Below are positions 41,839 to 53,307 of a stretch of DNA of 64,000 nt, piece by piece. This DNA comes from an uncultured Acidobacteriota bacterium (GTDB taxonomy: Bacteria; Acidobacteriota; UBA6911): the NCBI GenBank assembly GCA_963827655.1, contig CAWHCF010000023.1, positions 32,001 through 96,000 on the forward strand, read 5' to 3'. The notes under the pieces were generated by a model, which worked only from the letters and a program-made list of their open reading frames with translations, had not been told where the DNA came from and did not search any database. The translations under genes were made by a program, and so were the position numbers. Each line of letters starts with the position of its first letter. The first letter of the stretch is position 1.

Positions 41839-44800
41839 CTAGAACGTGCCCATGACTGACAACTTCCTGATGGTCTCCAGCACGGATCCGCGATAATAAG
41901 GATTCGCGTCATAGTACGCGCGATTGAGCGCGATCAGGACCGGGCGGAGGTTTTCTGGGTTGTTCTTCCAGTCCAGCATCCCGAGGCTGGACAAAAGGCC
42001 CCAATTTTCTTTACGCACGGCGCGACAGAGGGCGGCGACGATGTCGCTGCGGGCCAGGCGGAGTTCACCCAAGCAGGAGACGGCAGCACCATGGTCGAAT
42101 CCAATCGTGTCGTTCGTCTTGCTCAGCAATTTCGCGATAAGCTCTTCACTAACCGCACCCAGGCGTATCAGACCGACGGCTGCCGAGCGCCACACATCAT
42201 GGTCGTAATGATCCATCGCTCTTCTGAGCGCGTGGATCACCGGCTCTGTCGCGCGTCCAAGCCGCGTCAGAGCCACGGCTGCCGCCCGTTTCACGAAAAT
42301 GTCAGCATCGTCCAGTGCACTAACAAGTACGGCGATCGTCTCATCGCTCGGATCTGAAAGGTGCGCGAGACCGAATGCAGCAGCCGTCTTTATGTATCTG
42401 CTGCCATCATCCTGCCGAGAGAATGACGTTCTCTCCAACATTTGGAGGTAGAAATCCAGATCCTTGTTCGGCGCCGGAGATTTATGGTCGATAGCCCGAA
42501 GCAACGCTCTCAGCGCTCCGGGGTTTTCGGAAGCCAGCATTCCCAAGCTGCGCGCCGCGGATTTGCGCGCGCTCAACTTTGTCATGTCGCGCCGCATAAC
42601 GATCTCGTCACCATGGCTCTGCGCGATAAGAACACGTTCCAGTTGGCCTACTACCCGGTCCTGCGATTGATGAAGCTCTCCCAGCGCCTCCGCCGCGGCG
42701 GCGACAAGACCATCGTCTTTGCTCCCCAACGACTGAACCAGTCCGGTCACGATATCGTCGCGAACACGGCCGAGCTTTGCCACGCTCCTTGCCGCCTCGA
42801 CTCGAGCGCGAGGATTCTTATGCTGCAGGGCGCTTACGAGTCCGGCCAGAACCTCGTCTGTAGCGCGCCCGATTTCCCCGAGACGGGCCGCAGCATCCTC
42901 GGCGTCAAGATAGCCGTCCAATTGCCGCAGTAATGCCGCCAGGACCTGATCATTCGTTCGACCGAGCTCCACGAGCACCTTTGCGGAAGCTCTTTGAGCA
43001 GGTAGCGTCTGCGATCCGTGTGCACGTGTCAGGATCGAGATCACTGGCTCTGTCACCTGTCCGAGACGTGCCAGCCCGACCGCCGCTGACATCCGGACTT
43101 CCCAGTCGGAATCCTCAAGCGCTCGCATAAGAAACGGCAGCGTCGCAGCGTTGCAGTGGGCGGCAAGGCTGTCGACCGACGAGCGCCGAATGTTCACGTC
43201 GGGGTCGCTGAGCGAGTCCGTCAGGATCCTGGTCACGCGCGGGTCTCGGTAATCTGCATACGACAGGGCGGTCAAGGCCGCATCTCTGGCCCGTCCTGAC
43301 GCGCTTTCACCCGCGCGAACAATCGCCGCGAGGGCTTCGGCGTTCGACACGGACAGTCTGCCCAGGAACCCAATGGCAAATCGCCGTGCGTCGAAATCAT
43401 TGCTGTCGAAAGCGCGGCTCAGAAGCGATGTCACGGGTTGCGGGAGAGCGCTACGTAAGACGTTAAGAGTGGCTAAAGCCAGCGGACTGAGGCGTCCCTC
43501 GGAGTCGGCTGCTCTCGCACGATCATCCAAAAGCTCAAAGATGAGATCCGACGCCTCGGATTGGAGCCGCGCTTGGACTCGGGACATGTTGGCGTGCGGC
43601 ACACTTTCGGCCCAGGCTGCCGCGACGAGTTCGAATTCGCGGCGCAGCATGCCCGCTATGCGGCGTTCGAGCTGAACACCGGCGAGGTATCGCCCCGGTT
43701 GAATGCGCGGGTTGAGCTTTGGATTGAACCGGAGGATCGAGAGGGGACGGGAGCACAGGCCCAGAATGCGCGATACCAGCTTGACCGTCTTCTCCGGGTC
43801 GTCGCCTGCGGATATGAGGTGCGCGATTGCCAGAACATGGACCTCATGCCACCACTCCTGGTGCAAGTGTTCGAGCACGGCATCAACGCACTTGGCCTCG
43901 GGCAGGCGCGCAATGTATAACGCGGCGAGATACTCTTGCAGCGTCTGATGTGGAAATCCGTACTGGTCGGGACCAAACCGCTGGAGAACTCCCGACCGCA
44001 CCGCCAGGCTGTCGAGCAGCGCTCCCGCCTCGACGCCGCCCATCGCCGAGGCCTCCTGGACTATCATGAGCAGATCCGAGCGGCCGGCCCGCGACTGTCC
44101 GCGCGAGTGAACGGCGTAGGCTACGGCAGCAAGGATGCGGGTCGGGCGCTCTTCGTCAATCGCCGCTTGATGTTCCCGTCCTATCTCCCGAACGCTCTGC
44201 CACTTCATCAGCATCCGGCAGCACCGGTCGTAGAGCTGCACTTTCAGCTCCGGCAGATATCCCTCGTTGCGCCAGATGAGAAACAGGATGGTTGCCAGCA
44301 GCGGTGTCCCGGAAAGGTCCGCCAGGCGGGGGTTCGACTGGATTCTCGAAAACAGAGCCTGAGCCTCGGTCTTGGACTGTCCGGCAGTCAGGTTCGCATC
44401 TCGAGAGTACCAGCGTTCGAAGTATGCCTGAACATTTTCCGAAGTGAACGGCTTCACCTGACAGACTCGGAATCGAGTTCGAAGCACGGTCTCGGTTTCC
44501 GCCAGCGGACCCGGCCGGGTCGTGAGGATCACCCGATGGTTGGGATAAACGCGCGAGAGTTCCACCAGCGACTCGCTGATTCGAAGGCGTGCTTGCGCGC
44601 TCGCGACCTCATCGAGACCGTCGAATAGCAGCAGGCAGTCGCGCGAGGCCAGCGCGTCCGCAAAGAACGTCTGCGGTATGCCCGCGAAAGCCTGCTGCCG
44701 CGCCAGCATCTCCGGAAGAACCGCAGGCCAGGATGGCGAAACCCGGCCGCTCGAGATCTCGTCGGGTAAGCGGCCGAGTTCAATGAGAATCGGGATGCGA

Positions 44801-45543
44801 CCCCCTCGCTCCACGGAGGTCACGGCCAGCCAGCGGAGCAGGGCGCTCTTACCTGCCCCGGGCGTTCCGGAAAGAACCACATTCCCTTGCAATATCGCGT
44901 CGAGCGAGACCCGCTCCGAGACGGTAACAACCATCTCTGTGTCCTGCCTGCCGCGGGACTTATCTTTAGGCGCCGGCTGGCGAACTAACTTGAGCTCGTC
45001 AATCGAAAGAGGCACGTAAACGTCGAGCAGCGATACGCCACCGGTGAAGACATCGCTGCGCTCGAATGCGGCGAAGCTGACAGTGTTGTAAGCAAGCGCA
45101 AGGCGGTTCACGTACTCGCGTTCGGCTGCCCTCGGGTGCGCACTCCCGAGTGTTTCGATAATTGAAACCCTTAGCCGTTCTGCCAGAGTCTCCAATTCAC
45201 CGGGACCGCCGTAGGTCAGCGACCGATGGTGCCTGACGTCAAACGGGAGCGAATCGGCGGAGTCCACGAGCAGGATCGCCGGAACCTGGGTCCGGCCGAG
45301 CTCGAAGAACACATTCGGATTGTTTCCGGTGAGAAGTGCGATGACGAGATCCGCCCGCGCGAGTTCGTCCTCGACATGATCCATGATCACGCCGGCACGG
45401 CTGATACGGGCCGGATGGACAAGTTCGATGCCCGCGCCCCTTCCAGCCGCACGGATCGCGTCCTGGACGGCCGCAAACACTGCCGCGTCCTCGTTCCCTG
45501 CGCGTTCCGGCGTGAACGGCGTGATCAGGAACGCACGGCTCAT
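41839..45543 (-). CDS. NLR-like protein: NDT-like N-domain, NACHT NTPase, HEAT repeats
   Basis: ADLVIALLTGNNPNVFFELG..PFDV; Walker A GTPGAGKS; Walker B LLFDGLDEV; TPLL; FPHQTLQEYLAA; many HEAT repeats. Confidence 0.85.
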   Translation of the reverse strand: MSRAFLITPFTPERAGNEDAAVFAAVQDAIRAAGRGAGIELVHPARISRAGVIMDHVEDELARADLVIALLTGNNPNVFFELGRTQVPAILLVDSADSLPFDVRHHRSLTYGGPGELETLAERLRVSIIETLGSAHPRAAEREYVNRLALAYNTVSFAAFERSDVFTGGVSLLDVYVPLSIDELKLVRQPAPKDKSRGRQDTEMVVTVSERVSLDAILQGNVVLSGTPGAGKSALLRWLAVTSVERGGRIPILIELGRLPDEISSGRVSPSWPAVLPEMLARQQAFAGIPQTFFADALASRDCLLLFDGLDEVASAQARLRISESLVELSRVYPNHRVILTTRPGPLAETETVLRTRFRVCQVKPFTSENVQAYFERWYSRDANLTAGQSKTEAQALFSRIQSNPRLADLSGTPLLATILFLIWRNEGYLPELKVQLYDRCCRMLMKWQSVREIGREHQAAIDEERPTRILAAVAYAVHSRGQSRAGRSDLLMIVQEASAMGGVEAGALLDSLAVRSGVLQRFGPDQYGFPHQTLQEYLAALYIARLPEAKCVDAVLEHLHQEWWHEVHVLAIAHLISAGDDPEKTVKLVSRILGLCSRPLSILRFNPKLNPRIQPGRYLAGVQLERRIAGMLRREFELVAAAWAESVPHANMSRVQARLQSEASDLIFELLDDRARAADSEGRLSPLALATLNVLRSALPQPVTSLLSRAFDSNDFDARRFAIGFLGRLSVSNAEALAAIVRAGESASGRARDAALTALSYADYRDPRVTRILTDSLSDPDVNIRRSSVDSLAAHCNAATLPFLMRALEDSDWEVRMSAAVGLARLGQVTEPVISILTRAHGSQTLPAQRASAKVLVELGRTNDQVLAALLRQLDGYLDAEDAAARLGEIGRATDEVLAGLVSALQHKNPRARVEAARSVAKLGRVRDDIVTGLVQSLGSKDDGLVAAAAEALGELHQSQDRVVGQLERVLIAQSHGDEIVMRRDMTKLSARKSAARSLGMLASENPGALRALLRAIDHKSPAPNKDLDFYLQMLERTSFSRQDDGSRYIKTAAAFGLAHLSDPSDETIAVLVSALDDADIFVKRAAAVALTRLGRATEPVIHALRRAMDHYDHDVWRSAAVGLIRLGAVSEELIAKLLSKTNDTIGFDHGAAVSCLGELRLARSDIVAALCRAVRKENWGLLSSLGMLDWKNNPENLRPVLIALNRAYYDANPYYRGSVLETIRKLSVMGTF

Positions 45544-45633
45544 CTCTGTCACTATACCTTTGGTGTCACCCTTGAAAATTCAATTCTGTTAACCGACTGG
45601 CGGCGGCGACGCGTCAGACGATTTTCCGAATTT

Positions 45634-48172
45634 TCAAGGCCTGACACCATCCTTACGCTTGACATAGATCGCGCGCGCTTCCCGGTACTGAGCCAGGACG
45701 TGCTCTTTCTCCCAGTCCGAACGCCAACCGGGATGGGCCTTGGTTAGTTCCGTCAGCTTGTCAATCCAGCGAATGAAGTAGTCGGCGGATGCCGCCGAAC
45801 GGATCGGAGCTTCGCCGACGTACACGAAGATGGGGTTGGTCGTGGCCATGGGACGACTGTCTTCGACGGGATGGCGCGCCTTCTCCGAAATCGCCTGAAG
45901 CGTGAACCATCCCGACCGGTGACAGAAACTTCCTTGTCGAATTTTGCCTGACGGCGTTCGCCGTCAAGCGGGATCTTCTCGAGTACCGACCCGTTGCGCA
46001 CCACCTCGAGGCGATCCACGGGCGCGATCGAGTTCAGCGTTCCGCGCAAGCGCACGGTTCCACCTCCGGCCGGCAGGCGGATGTCGTCCCCCGGCATGGC
46101 CTCGTTCACGGTGAACTCCAGGAGCGGGCCGTTGGTCACGAAACCGCGCCCCTTCAGCAGCGCGTTCTTGAAGTTCTCCCAGCTCAGGTTCCCGGGTCCG
46201 AGGAAGAAGTAGCCCCGCGTGGCTCCCACCAGCCGCGTTCGGTGCAGGTTGGAGATCGAATCCTCGCCGCCGGTGGCGGGAAGCTTGAATCCGTTATTGA
46301 GCACATGGTGCCACACAATCAGCCCGCCCGCGCCTGCCGTCGACCAGAGCTCAAGATAGCTCATTGACTCGAGGGCGGCGTCCACCGGAAGACCTTTCGC
46401 CACGCCCAGATCGGATTCGAGCGGATCGCGCTCGCCATAAGGGTGCACGTAGGCTCCGATGCCGCCCTGCTGCTTGGCCAACCGGAAGATATCCGGTGTT
46501 CGAAGGATAGAGGCTCTCGATCGCCGTCCCCTCGTATCCCGTGGTAAAGGGCGAGATCAGATGCTCCTTCAGATTGAAGAGCGAGATGTGGCCGTAGAAA
46601 GGAGGACGATACTCCTGGCCTGTGTGCATGATCTGCTCGCGCGTTGATGCGGGATGGGTCATGCGGCCGGCTGCGTAGTGCTGATAATCGAGAATGCGGT
46701 TATCCTTGTTAGCAATCTGGTGTCCGATAATGTCGGCATCCTCGGCGGCATTCATGAACACCAGGTTCTCCGGCGTGTTGTGAAGATTTCCGCCGTAGTT
46801 CATGTGAACGTGGTTGCTGCCTGAGTACCATCCCTTCGCCTTCAAGTTCACCATGCGGCGCAGCGTCAGGGTGAGCGAGGCGGTTTGCCCGGCAGTAATA
46901 TTGGCGGTGGCCTTGGCAGGCTCGTATTCGAAGCCTTTGACCGCCTCGACCGAATACGAGCCGGGCGGGACTTCAGTGACAAATTCTCCTCGAGTGTGAA
47001 ACAAAGGCTGGTTGAGGGAGGAGAGGCGCTCGTACGAATCGGGCGGGGTGTAAGACTTGCCATCAGCGGCACGCTGGTAGATGCGCGCCGGCGTCGGCTT
47101 GCCGGTTTCACCGTCGACAACACGCACCTCGACCTTGCCCATCGGGCGAGCCCAGCGCTTGGCGGAGATCCGGACCAGCCGCTGCGTGCCTCCCCACGCC
47201 TTGAGCAGCTTCAACTGCGGCAATCCCTCTTCATTGGATACGTAGGCAATCCACTCGCCGTCGGGCGACCAGCGAGGGTGGAAGCTGTCGTACTCGCCGA
47301 AGGTCAGCTTGTAGGGCTCCCCTCCGGCGGCCGGCAAGACAAAGAGGTTGCTGTATTGATGCCCGAGGTGAGAGCTGTAGACAATCCGCTTGCCATCACG
47401 CGACCAGTGAGGACGAGTCCGGTAAAGGGTCTCCTCCTTGTGAATCATCTGGGCGCGGGAAGAGTTCATCACGTCCGCAACCACCGGGGCGCGCCAGATC
47501 GCGCCCGATCCGAGCGGGATCCCGCGGTTACTGACAAATATGATTTCACGGCCGTCCGGCGACCAGGTGGGCGAGATATGCAGATCGTGATCGCCGAAAT
47601 AGAGCCGGTCTCTGCCAAAGCGATGATCGGAAGTCAGGGCCGAGACGCTTCCCTTCTTGCCGTTCTTGAGCTCCATGACGTAGATGTTGTAGTAGCCGTT
47701 CGGCTCCGTGGAGACGTAGGCCAGCCGGGTGCCATCGGGTGACCAGGCCGGATCGAGATTGAGGTGGTTCCCGGAGGTGAGAGTCTCGGACTGCCCGGTT
47801 TCGATATTCAATATCTTCAGATTTATCGTCCGTGCCGTCATCCGCCGTGTAAACGAGCCATTTGCCGTCGGGCGACCATTCGGGCGAGGAGAGATACTCT
47901 TTCGAGTAAACCATCTCCTGCGCGACGGTTTCGCCCAATCCCATCTTCCAGAGCGAACCATCCATCGCGAAAGCGATCCACTTCCCGTCGGGTGACCAGG
48001 ACGGCCACCAGGGTGTGCTGCTGCCCGAAGGGGGGAGATAGAAGTTCAGCATGTAGTTCCCGCCGGTCCTGGCAACCGGGTGGGGCTGGCTTCCGAACTG
48101 CGCACGGGCCGGCTCAAAGACCATACAGCTGAGACTGAGATACAGGAGCGGAACGACCATGTTGCCTTTCAT
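45634..48172 (-). CDS. PD40/TolB beta-propeller plus CehA/McbA-family PHP metallohydrolase (frameshifted)
   Basis: WSPDG repeats; GWYSGSNHVHMNYGG; AYVHP; TGGED; TNGP; ATTNPI. Confidence 0.85.
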
Positions 48173-48317
48173 AGACTCTCCTCCTCCCTCCACCATCGCC
48201 GCGCTTCAGGCTGGTCGAGTAGGTAGTGCTCGCGTGCTACACTTTCCTCGAATATACGGAGGCTATCATGACGGCGTCGCTCGACCATCGAGAATTTCTT
48301 CAGCAGGCAGCTATCGC

Positions 48318-51107
48318 ATGAGATACAAGCGCAGCTTCTGGATTCCTGGTTTGCTTTGCCTTGTCCCCGTACTCAACGCGCAGTCTCGCGTGCCGCCGTA
48401 TGACCTGTGGAATCCCCAGGTTCTCTCCCAGATTCGAGACCGCTCGACGCTTGAGCTCTCGACCGCGGTTCACCTCGGATACTCGGATGTGTTCTTTACC
48501 TCGAATCCATCCGCCAGCTGGTTCGAGGCGGTCCCTCCTTATGCCGAGCACCGCAACGAGCGAATCCGGATTCATGGGTTTCTGGCTTCGCCTCTGGTTG
48601 GCGGCCCTTACCCCGCGCTGGTACTCGGGCATGGACACGGCGGGAGAGCGGATCGTGACACGGCTCTCCTGGTAGCGAGCCTGGGCTATGTTGCCCTGTT
48701 CATCGATGGTCCGGAGGCAGGCGAGTCTACGGGCGGTCCCGAGGATGAGAACCAGGCATGGATCTCGGTCGATCGAGGACCCCAGTATGGCTACCTGTAC
48801 CATTATGCCTACGCCGGCATGCGAGCGCTCACCGCGCTGGAGTCCCTGGCCGCGCTGCCGGGAAATCCCTTCCGCATCGACGCCGCCAGGCTCGGCGTCG
48901 TCGGCGCGTCCATGGGGGGAATCATGGCGACTTACCTCAACGGAATTGATGAACGCGTGAAGGCGGCCGTGATTGTCGCGTCGGCGGGCAACTGGCACCA
49001 CGCGCTCCGTTATCCTAATTCCTGGCTGTATCACGGCATTTACAACGGAACCCGCGATCTTCCCTATAACGGCAGCGATCCACTCAACTCGATCGAGAAC
49101 ATCGACACCGACGCGACGGCCGTGACCTTCTTGAATTACTTCGACCCGATTCGATACGCGCCGCGCCAGCACGCGCCTGTCTTGACCGTGATTGGAACTC
49201 ACGACCAGTACTTTCCACTCCCAAGCGCCAACCTGATGGAACAGGCGATCACCTCGGCCGGGACTCAGGCAAACTTCGAGAAGCGCCTCTGGCTTCTGCC
49301 CAACACGCCTCATGGATTTGGCGGGGCGGCCGACCTGCTCACCCTCGCGAGTGGTTTGCGGCAGTGGCTGGATTATGCCTTCGGAAGGCGGGACCGGCCT
49401 CTGGCTGCGCCTCAGGTGACGCCATTCCAGGAAGGAGGCGGCCTGCGGTTCGAGATCACCCTGGCGGAGAGCGCCGCGCGGCTCTCGGGCGCACAGGCGA
49501 CCCTTTATGCGGCGACGCGCGTGGATTCGACTATCGCGCCGATCCGCGACTTCAAGGCATACCCCGCGGCTCGGCAGGGAGATCGATTCGTCGCCCAGAT
49601 TCCGCCGGGAGAAACCAGCGGCTCCGGGGATATCATCCAGATCGGCAACGTGATCTTCTACGCAACCATCACCGACGCGCTCGGCCTGCCGGTCTCTTCT
49701 CTGATGTACAAGGGGAGGGCTCCTATGGATTTGTCCTCCGACTTCACTCCCAAGCTTGATCCCTTCTCCGGCAACAGCGCGGCTCCTCTACCACCGCCAC
49801 CCTCGGATGCAGCCGTCAGGGTCTTGAGCTCGATACCGGTGTCGGAAGGCGCGTTCCAGGGAGTGGCGCTCTCCAATACGACTGACAATACTCTGACCGT
49901 GCGGGTCGAGGCCCGCTCCCTTGACGGAAGGATCGCAGCGGCGGAGGGGCTCATGAACCCCGCGTTTGTGACTCTCGCTCCGCGCTCGCAGAACGTATTC
50001 CTTGCCGAGGAGTGGTTGGGACCGGGCGCAAGGCGCTTTGACGGGAGTTTCCAGGCGGCCTGGAGCGAGACCCGGACGTCCTTGCTGGCATTCCGCGGCA
50101 GCGCCATTCCTTCCGTGCTGGAGAGCATCGGTCCGTTACCCGCGCCCGCCGTCGATTTGTGGCTGCCGCTTGCTCCCGAACACGAGGGCGCGGCTTCACG
50201 GCGAATCCGAATCTTCTCCTCGGGGAGCGCGGCCACGGCCGAGGTGATCTTCCGTAACAAGTTCGGTACGACGGTGCAGACCCGTCAGGTCGCGATCGCG
50301 GCCAACGGTACCCTGGATGTGGCTCCGCCCGCCGGGTCCGGATTTTTTGAACCCGCTTCCGCCGAAGTGCGCTCCTCCGCGCCCGTGTCGGCGCGTCTCG
50401 AGGTAACGGGCGCCGGCGACTCCTGGAGCCTGGATGCGCGGCCGGGCCCGTCGCTGACCCGGTACGTTCAGCCCCATGTAGAATGGAACGGAGCTTTTCA
50501 GACACGGCTGATCTTTGTAAATCCCTCGGCCCAGACCCGCAGCGTCGCGTTGCAGCTCCGTTCCGCGGATGGAGTCGTAGCCGCTCCCAATTCGTTGCTG
50601 GTCATGATGGGCTTCTCCACCGCGAGCCTGACCGTCGAACAGCTCTTCGGCGGCATTCAGACGACCCGCGGGGCGGGATGGCTGGAGGCCAATGCTCTCG
50701 GCGGGCCGGTCCTGATAGCCGCGCTCGCCGCCGACCCGAACAGCGGGGCCGCGGCGGCCTCGTTTCTGGAGTCGAGCGGACCTGGTTTGTGGTCGATGCC
50801 TTTTTTCATCGAGAATTCGGGTTATTTCACGGGACTCGCGCTGGCGAATCCGGGCGATACGGCGGCCTCCATAGCGATCACGGCGTACGACCGCGCGGGC
50901 GTGGTGCTCGGGGGCGCCACCATCACGCTCGGTGCGCGCCAGGCGCAGACACGTCTCATCTCGCAATGGCTTCCCGAACTCAGGCCGGGTGCATCCGGTC
51001 ATATTTCGATCTCGTCGGACGGCGCGGCGGTGCCGCTGGCCTACTTTGGTACGACCGATGGCGCAACGCTGGCCGCGCTTCCGCTGCAACCTGTGGCGCC
51101 TCGGTAA
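48318..51107 (+). CDS. Exported alpha/beta hydrolase (acetylxylan-esterase-like) with long beta-rich C-terminal region
   Basis: PALVLGHGHGG, GASMGG nucleophile, GTHDQYF, PNTPH; repeated GLALAN/GVALSN/RLIFVN strands. Confidence 0.75.
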   Translation: MRYKRSFWIPGLLCLVPVLNAQSRVPPYDLWNPQVLSQIRDRSTLELSTAVHLGYSDVFFTSNPSASWFEAVPPYAEHRNERIRIHGFLASPLVGGPYPALVLGHGHGGRADRDTALLVASLGYVALFIDGPEAGESTGGPEDENQAWISVDRGPQYGYLYHYAYAGMRALTALESLAALPGNPFRIDAARLGVVGASMGGIMATYLNGIDERVKAAVIVASAGNWHHALRYPNSWLYHGIYNGTRDLPYNGSDPLNSIENIDTDATAVTFLNYFDPIRYAPRQHAPVLTVIGTHDQYFPLPSANLMEQAITSAGTQANFEKRLWLLPNTPHGFGGAADLLTLASGLRQWLDYAFGRRDRPLAAPQVTPFQEGGGLRFEITLAESAARLSGAQATLYAATRVDSTIAPIRDFKAYPAARQGDRFVAQIPPGETSGSGDIIQIGNVIFYATITDALGLPVSSLMYKGRAPMDLSSDFTPKLDPFSGNSAAPLPPPPSDAAVRVLSSIPVSEGAFQGVALSNTTDNTLTVRVEARSLDGRIAAAEGLMNPAFVTLAPRSQNVFLAEEWLGPGARRFDGSFQAAWSETRTSLLAFRGSAIPSVLESIGPLPAPAVDLWLPLAPEHEGAASRRIRIFSSGSAATAEVIFRNKFGTTVQTRQVAIAANGTLDVAPPAGSGFFEPASAEVRSSAPVSARLEVTGAGDSWSLDARPGPSLTRYVQPHVEWNGAFQTRLIFVNPSAQTRSVALQLRSADGVVAAPNSLLVMMGFSTASLTVEQLFGGIQTTRGAGWLEANALGGPVLIAALAADPNSGAAAASFLESSGPGLWSMPFFIENSGYFTGLALANPGDTAASIAITAYDRAGVVLGGATITLGARQAQTRLISQWLPELRPGASGHISISSDGAAVPLAYFGTTDGATLAALPLQPVAPR

Positions 51108-51346
51108 CCGGGAGTTTCTGAAGCCTTATGTGCAAGTGCGACGCCTTAGACGCTCAGGTTTGTTGTCCCGGCCCCACAGAAGGCTGTGAAAGTGCGGGTC
51201 ATTAGATGACCGGATGCAAGAACTTTCCGAAGCCTTATTGGCGACGGATCAATCAGAGACGCTGTTGCAAAACTCAGCCGCGACCCGGCCGACGGGCTTG
51301 ATAGCCCGTCCGCACATGGTCGGTGGTTTTTGCACCCCGCTGAGGG

Positions 51347-52318
51347 TTGACTCGTGACCAAGATGCTCTCGACTCTGATCCTGCTACTCGCAGGCCTGTG
51401 TGTCTCGTCATTCGGCCAGACAGAAGGTCCTCAACCAATCCACAGCGTGCCGTCGCGGTAACCTTCGACGACCTCCCTTACGTCGCTGCCGGCCGCGATC
51501 CTTATCTGCCGCACGCACAGCGAGCGACAAGCCAGATCCTGCGTGTGCTGAAATCGCATCGCGCTCCGGCCATAGGGTTCGTCAACGAAAACAAGCTGCA
51601 CGCGCCAGGCGAACTCGACCGTCGCGTCGCGCTACTGCAACAATGGATTGATGCCGGGATGATACTGGGCAATCACACTTATTCGCACCCCGATTTCAAC
51701 CGGGTGACGGTTCAAGAATTTCAAGACGAAATCATCAAGGGCGAAATCATCACGCGGCGCCTGATGCATGCGCGCCAGCCATACACCCTCTATTTTCGTC
51801 ACCCGATGACGCACACCGGCGATACAAAGGAAAAAAAGGAAGCCATCGAACAATTCCTCGCCGCGCGAAGCTATCGCGTCGCACCGCACACAATCGAGAA
51901 CAGCGACTTCGTCTTTAATGTTGGTTATGTTCGAGCGCTGGCGGCGAAGGACGAAGCAATGTCGCGGCGGCTGCGCGACACCTATCTCGGTCACACCATG
52001 GCCGTGACCGATTTCGCTGAAAAAATTTCGGTCACCATCTTTGGCCGTGAGGTAACCCAGACCTTGCTGCTCCACGTCAATGACATCACCGCTGACTGCC
52101 TCGATGAAATGCTCAACCGCTATGAATCTCGCGGCTACCGTTTTGTCACACTCGATGAGGCAATGGGTGATCCGGCCTATCAGACGAAAGACACCCTTGT
52201 CACCAAGTACGGGCCGTCATGGCTGTGGCGGTGGATGAAGAGCCTGGGAATGAACATCAGCCTCGCCGGCGATCCCGAGCCGCCGCCGTGGGTGATGGAT
52301 CTTTATAACCAGCGATGA
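51347..52318 (+). CDS. Polysaccharide deacetylase (CE4)
   Basis: VTFDDLP, GNHTYSH, YFRHP, LLLH; signal peptide MTKMLSTLILLLAGLC in an adjacent frame. Confidence 0.88.
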   Translation: MTRDQDALDSDPATRRPVCLVIRPDRRSSTNPQRAVAVTFDDLPYVAAGRDPYLPHAQRATSQILRVLKSHRAPAIGFVNENKLHAPGELDRRVALLQQWIDAGMILGNHTYSHPDFNRVTVQEFQDEIIKGEIITRRLMHARQPYTLYFRHPMTHTGDTKEKKEAIEQFLAARSYRVAPHTIENSDFVFNVGYVRALAAKDEAMSRRLRDTYLGHTMAVTDFAEKISVTIFGREVTQTLLLHVNDITADCLDEMLNRYESRGYRFVTLDEAMGDPAYQTKDTLVTKYGPSWLWRWMKSLGMNISLAGDPEPPPWVMDLYNQR

Positions 52319-52347
52319 AGTAGGCAGTAGGCAGGGCGCGGCTCGGA

Positions 52348-53307
52348 TCACTTCAACCACATAGAAAGATCACGCCCCAATAGTCCCGAGAGCCTGCGGA
52401 TATCGTCCCGGTAGAGGTCCACCAGGTAGGCCCTGTCTTTCGGGTCCATCGTAGTCGTTTCACGCCGGCTGAAACCCAGGACTCGAAGGACCTTTCGAAC
52501 GGGGTACGGAACCACCTCGCGCGCTTTCTTGAGGAAGCCTTGTCGCCGGAGAACGAAGCCGAGCGCCGAAAACCTCGGCAAGAGCGGTTCCATGTATTTC
52601 TTCGATACGTCGACCTGGAAATCCGCTGCTACGTTCAGGAAGCGAAAAATATCTTCGAACACCGCCAGGGTTTGGAGCTTGTATTCTTCATAAAGGTAAA
52701 TCCGAACCCGATCTGCAGTGAAAGTCTCCAGGTACCGCTGAACCTGTATGTGATATCGCCCATAGTCCAGGAAGGGATAAAGGATGCTGAAGCCTATGCC
52801 ATTCCGCCTGGCATCCAGCTCGACCAGTTCTCGAAAAGTGCTGCGCACCCACCCGCTCGCGAGGGCTTGAAGGTATTGAGAAAACGCCCTCTCGACCGGA
52901 TTTCTCAGGACCATAATGATTTTTGCCGCGGGGACACGCTGGCGGATATTCAAGGCTGCCGTTTCAGACCACAGATAACAAACACTGGCCTCGCCGATTG
53001 CCGTCTCGTTCTGGACATTCTTGAAGAGTTTGAGATAGTCCTCCCATTCCAGGACCAGCGCCGCCACTCCCTTCTCCTGCATAGGGCCATCGAGGTAGGC
53101 GCGCAGTTCACGCGGGTCGTGGCGTATGAGTGGCCGAGCTTCATGGCTGAGCAATTCGAGCCTGATGTCCGAGGCGAAAAAACTGGGCTCCTTGACCGGA
53201 CTCATATAGATCTCCGGGTGCTGGTCAAGGCAATGATAGAGCGAGGTTGTTCCGGATTTGGGCGCGCCGACAATAAAGAAGTTGGGCAAGGCTTGTCTGC
53301 TCTTCAT
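52348..53307 (-). CDS. Sulfotransferase
   Basis: GAPKSGTTSL 5'-PSB motif; LRNPVERAFS 3'-PB motif. Confidence 0.92.
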   Translation of the reverse strand: MKSRQALPNFFIVGAPKSGTTSLYHCLDQHPEIYMSPVKEPSFFASDIRLELLSHEARPLIRHDPRELRAYLDGPMQEKGVAALVLEWEDYLKLFKNVQNETAIGEASVCYLWSETAALNIRQRVPAAKIIMVLRNPVERAFSQYLQALASGWVRSTFRELVELDARRNGIGFSILYPFLDYGRYHIQVQRYLETFTADRVRIYLYEEYKLQTLAVFEDIFRFLNVAADFQVDVSKKYMEPLLPRFSALGFVLRRQGFLKKAREVVPYPVRKVLRVLGFSRRETTTMDPKDRAYLVDLYRDDIRRLSGLLGRDLSMWLK

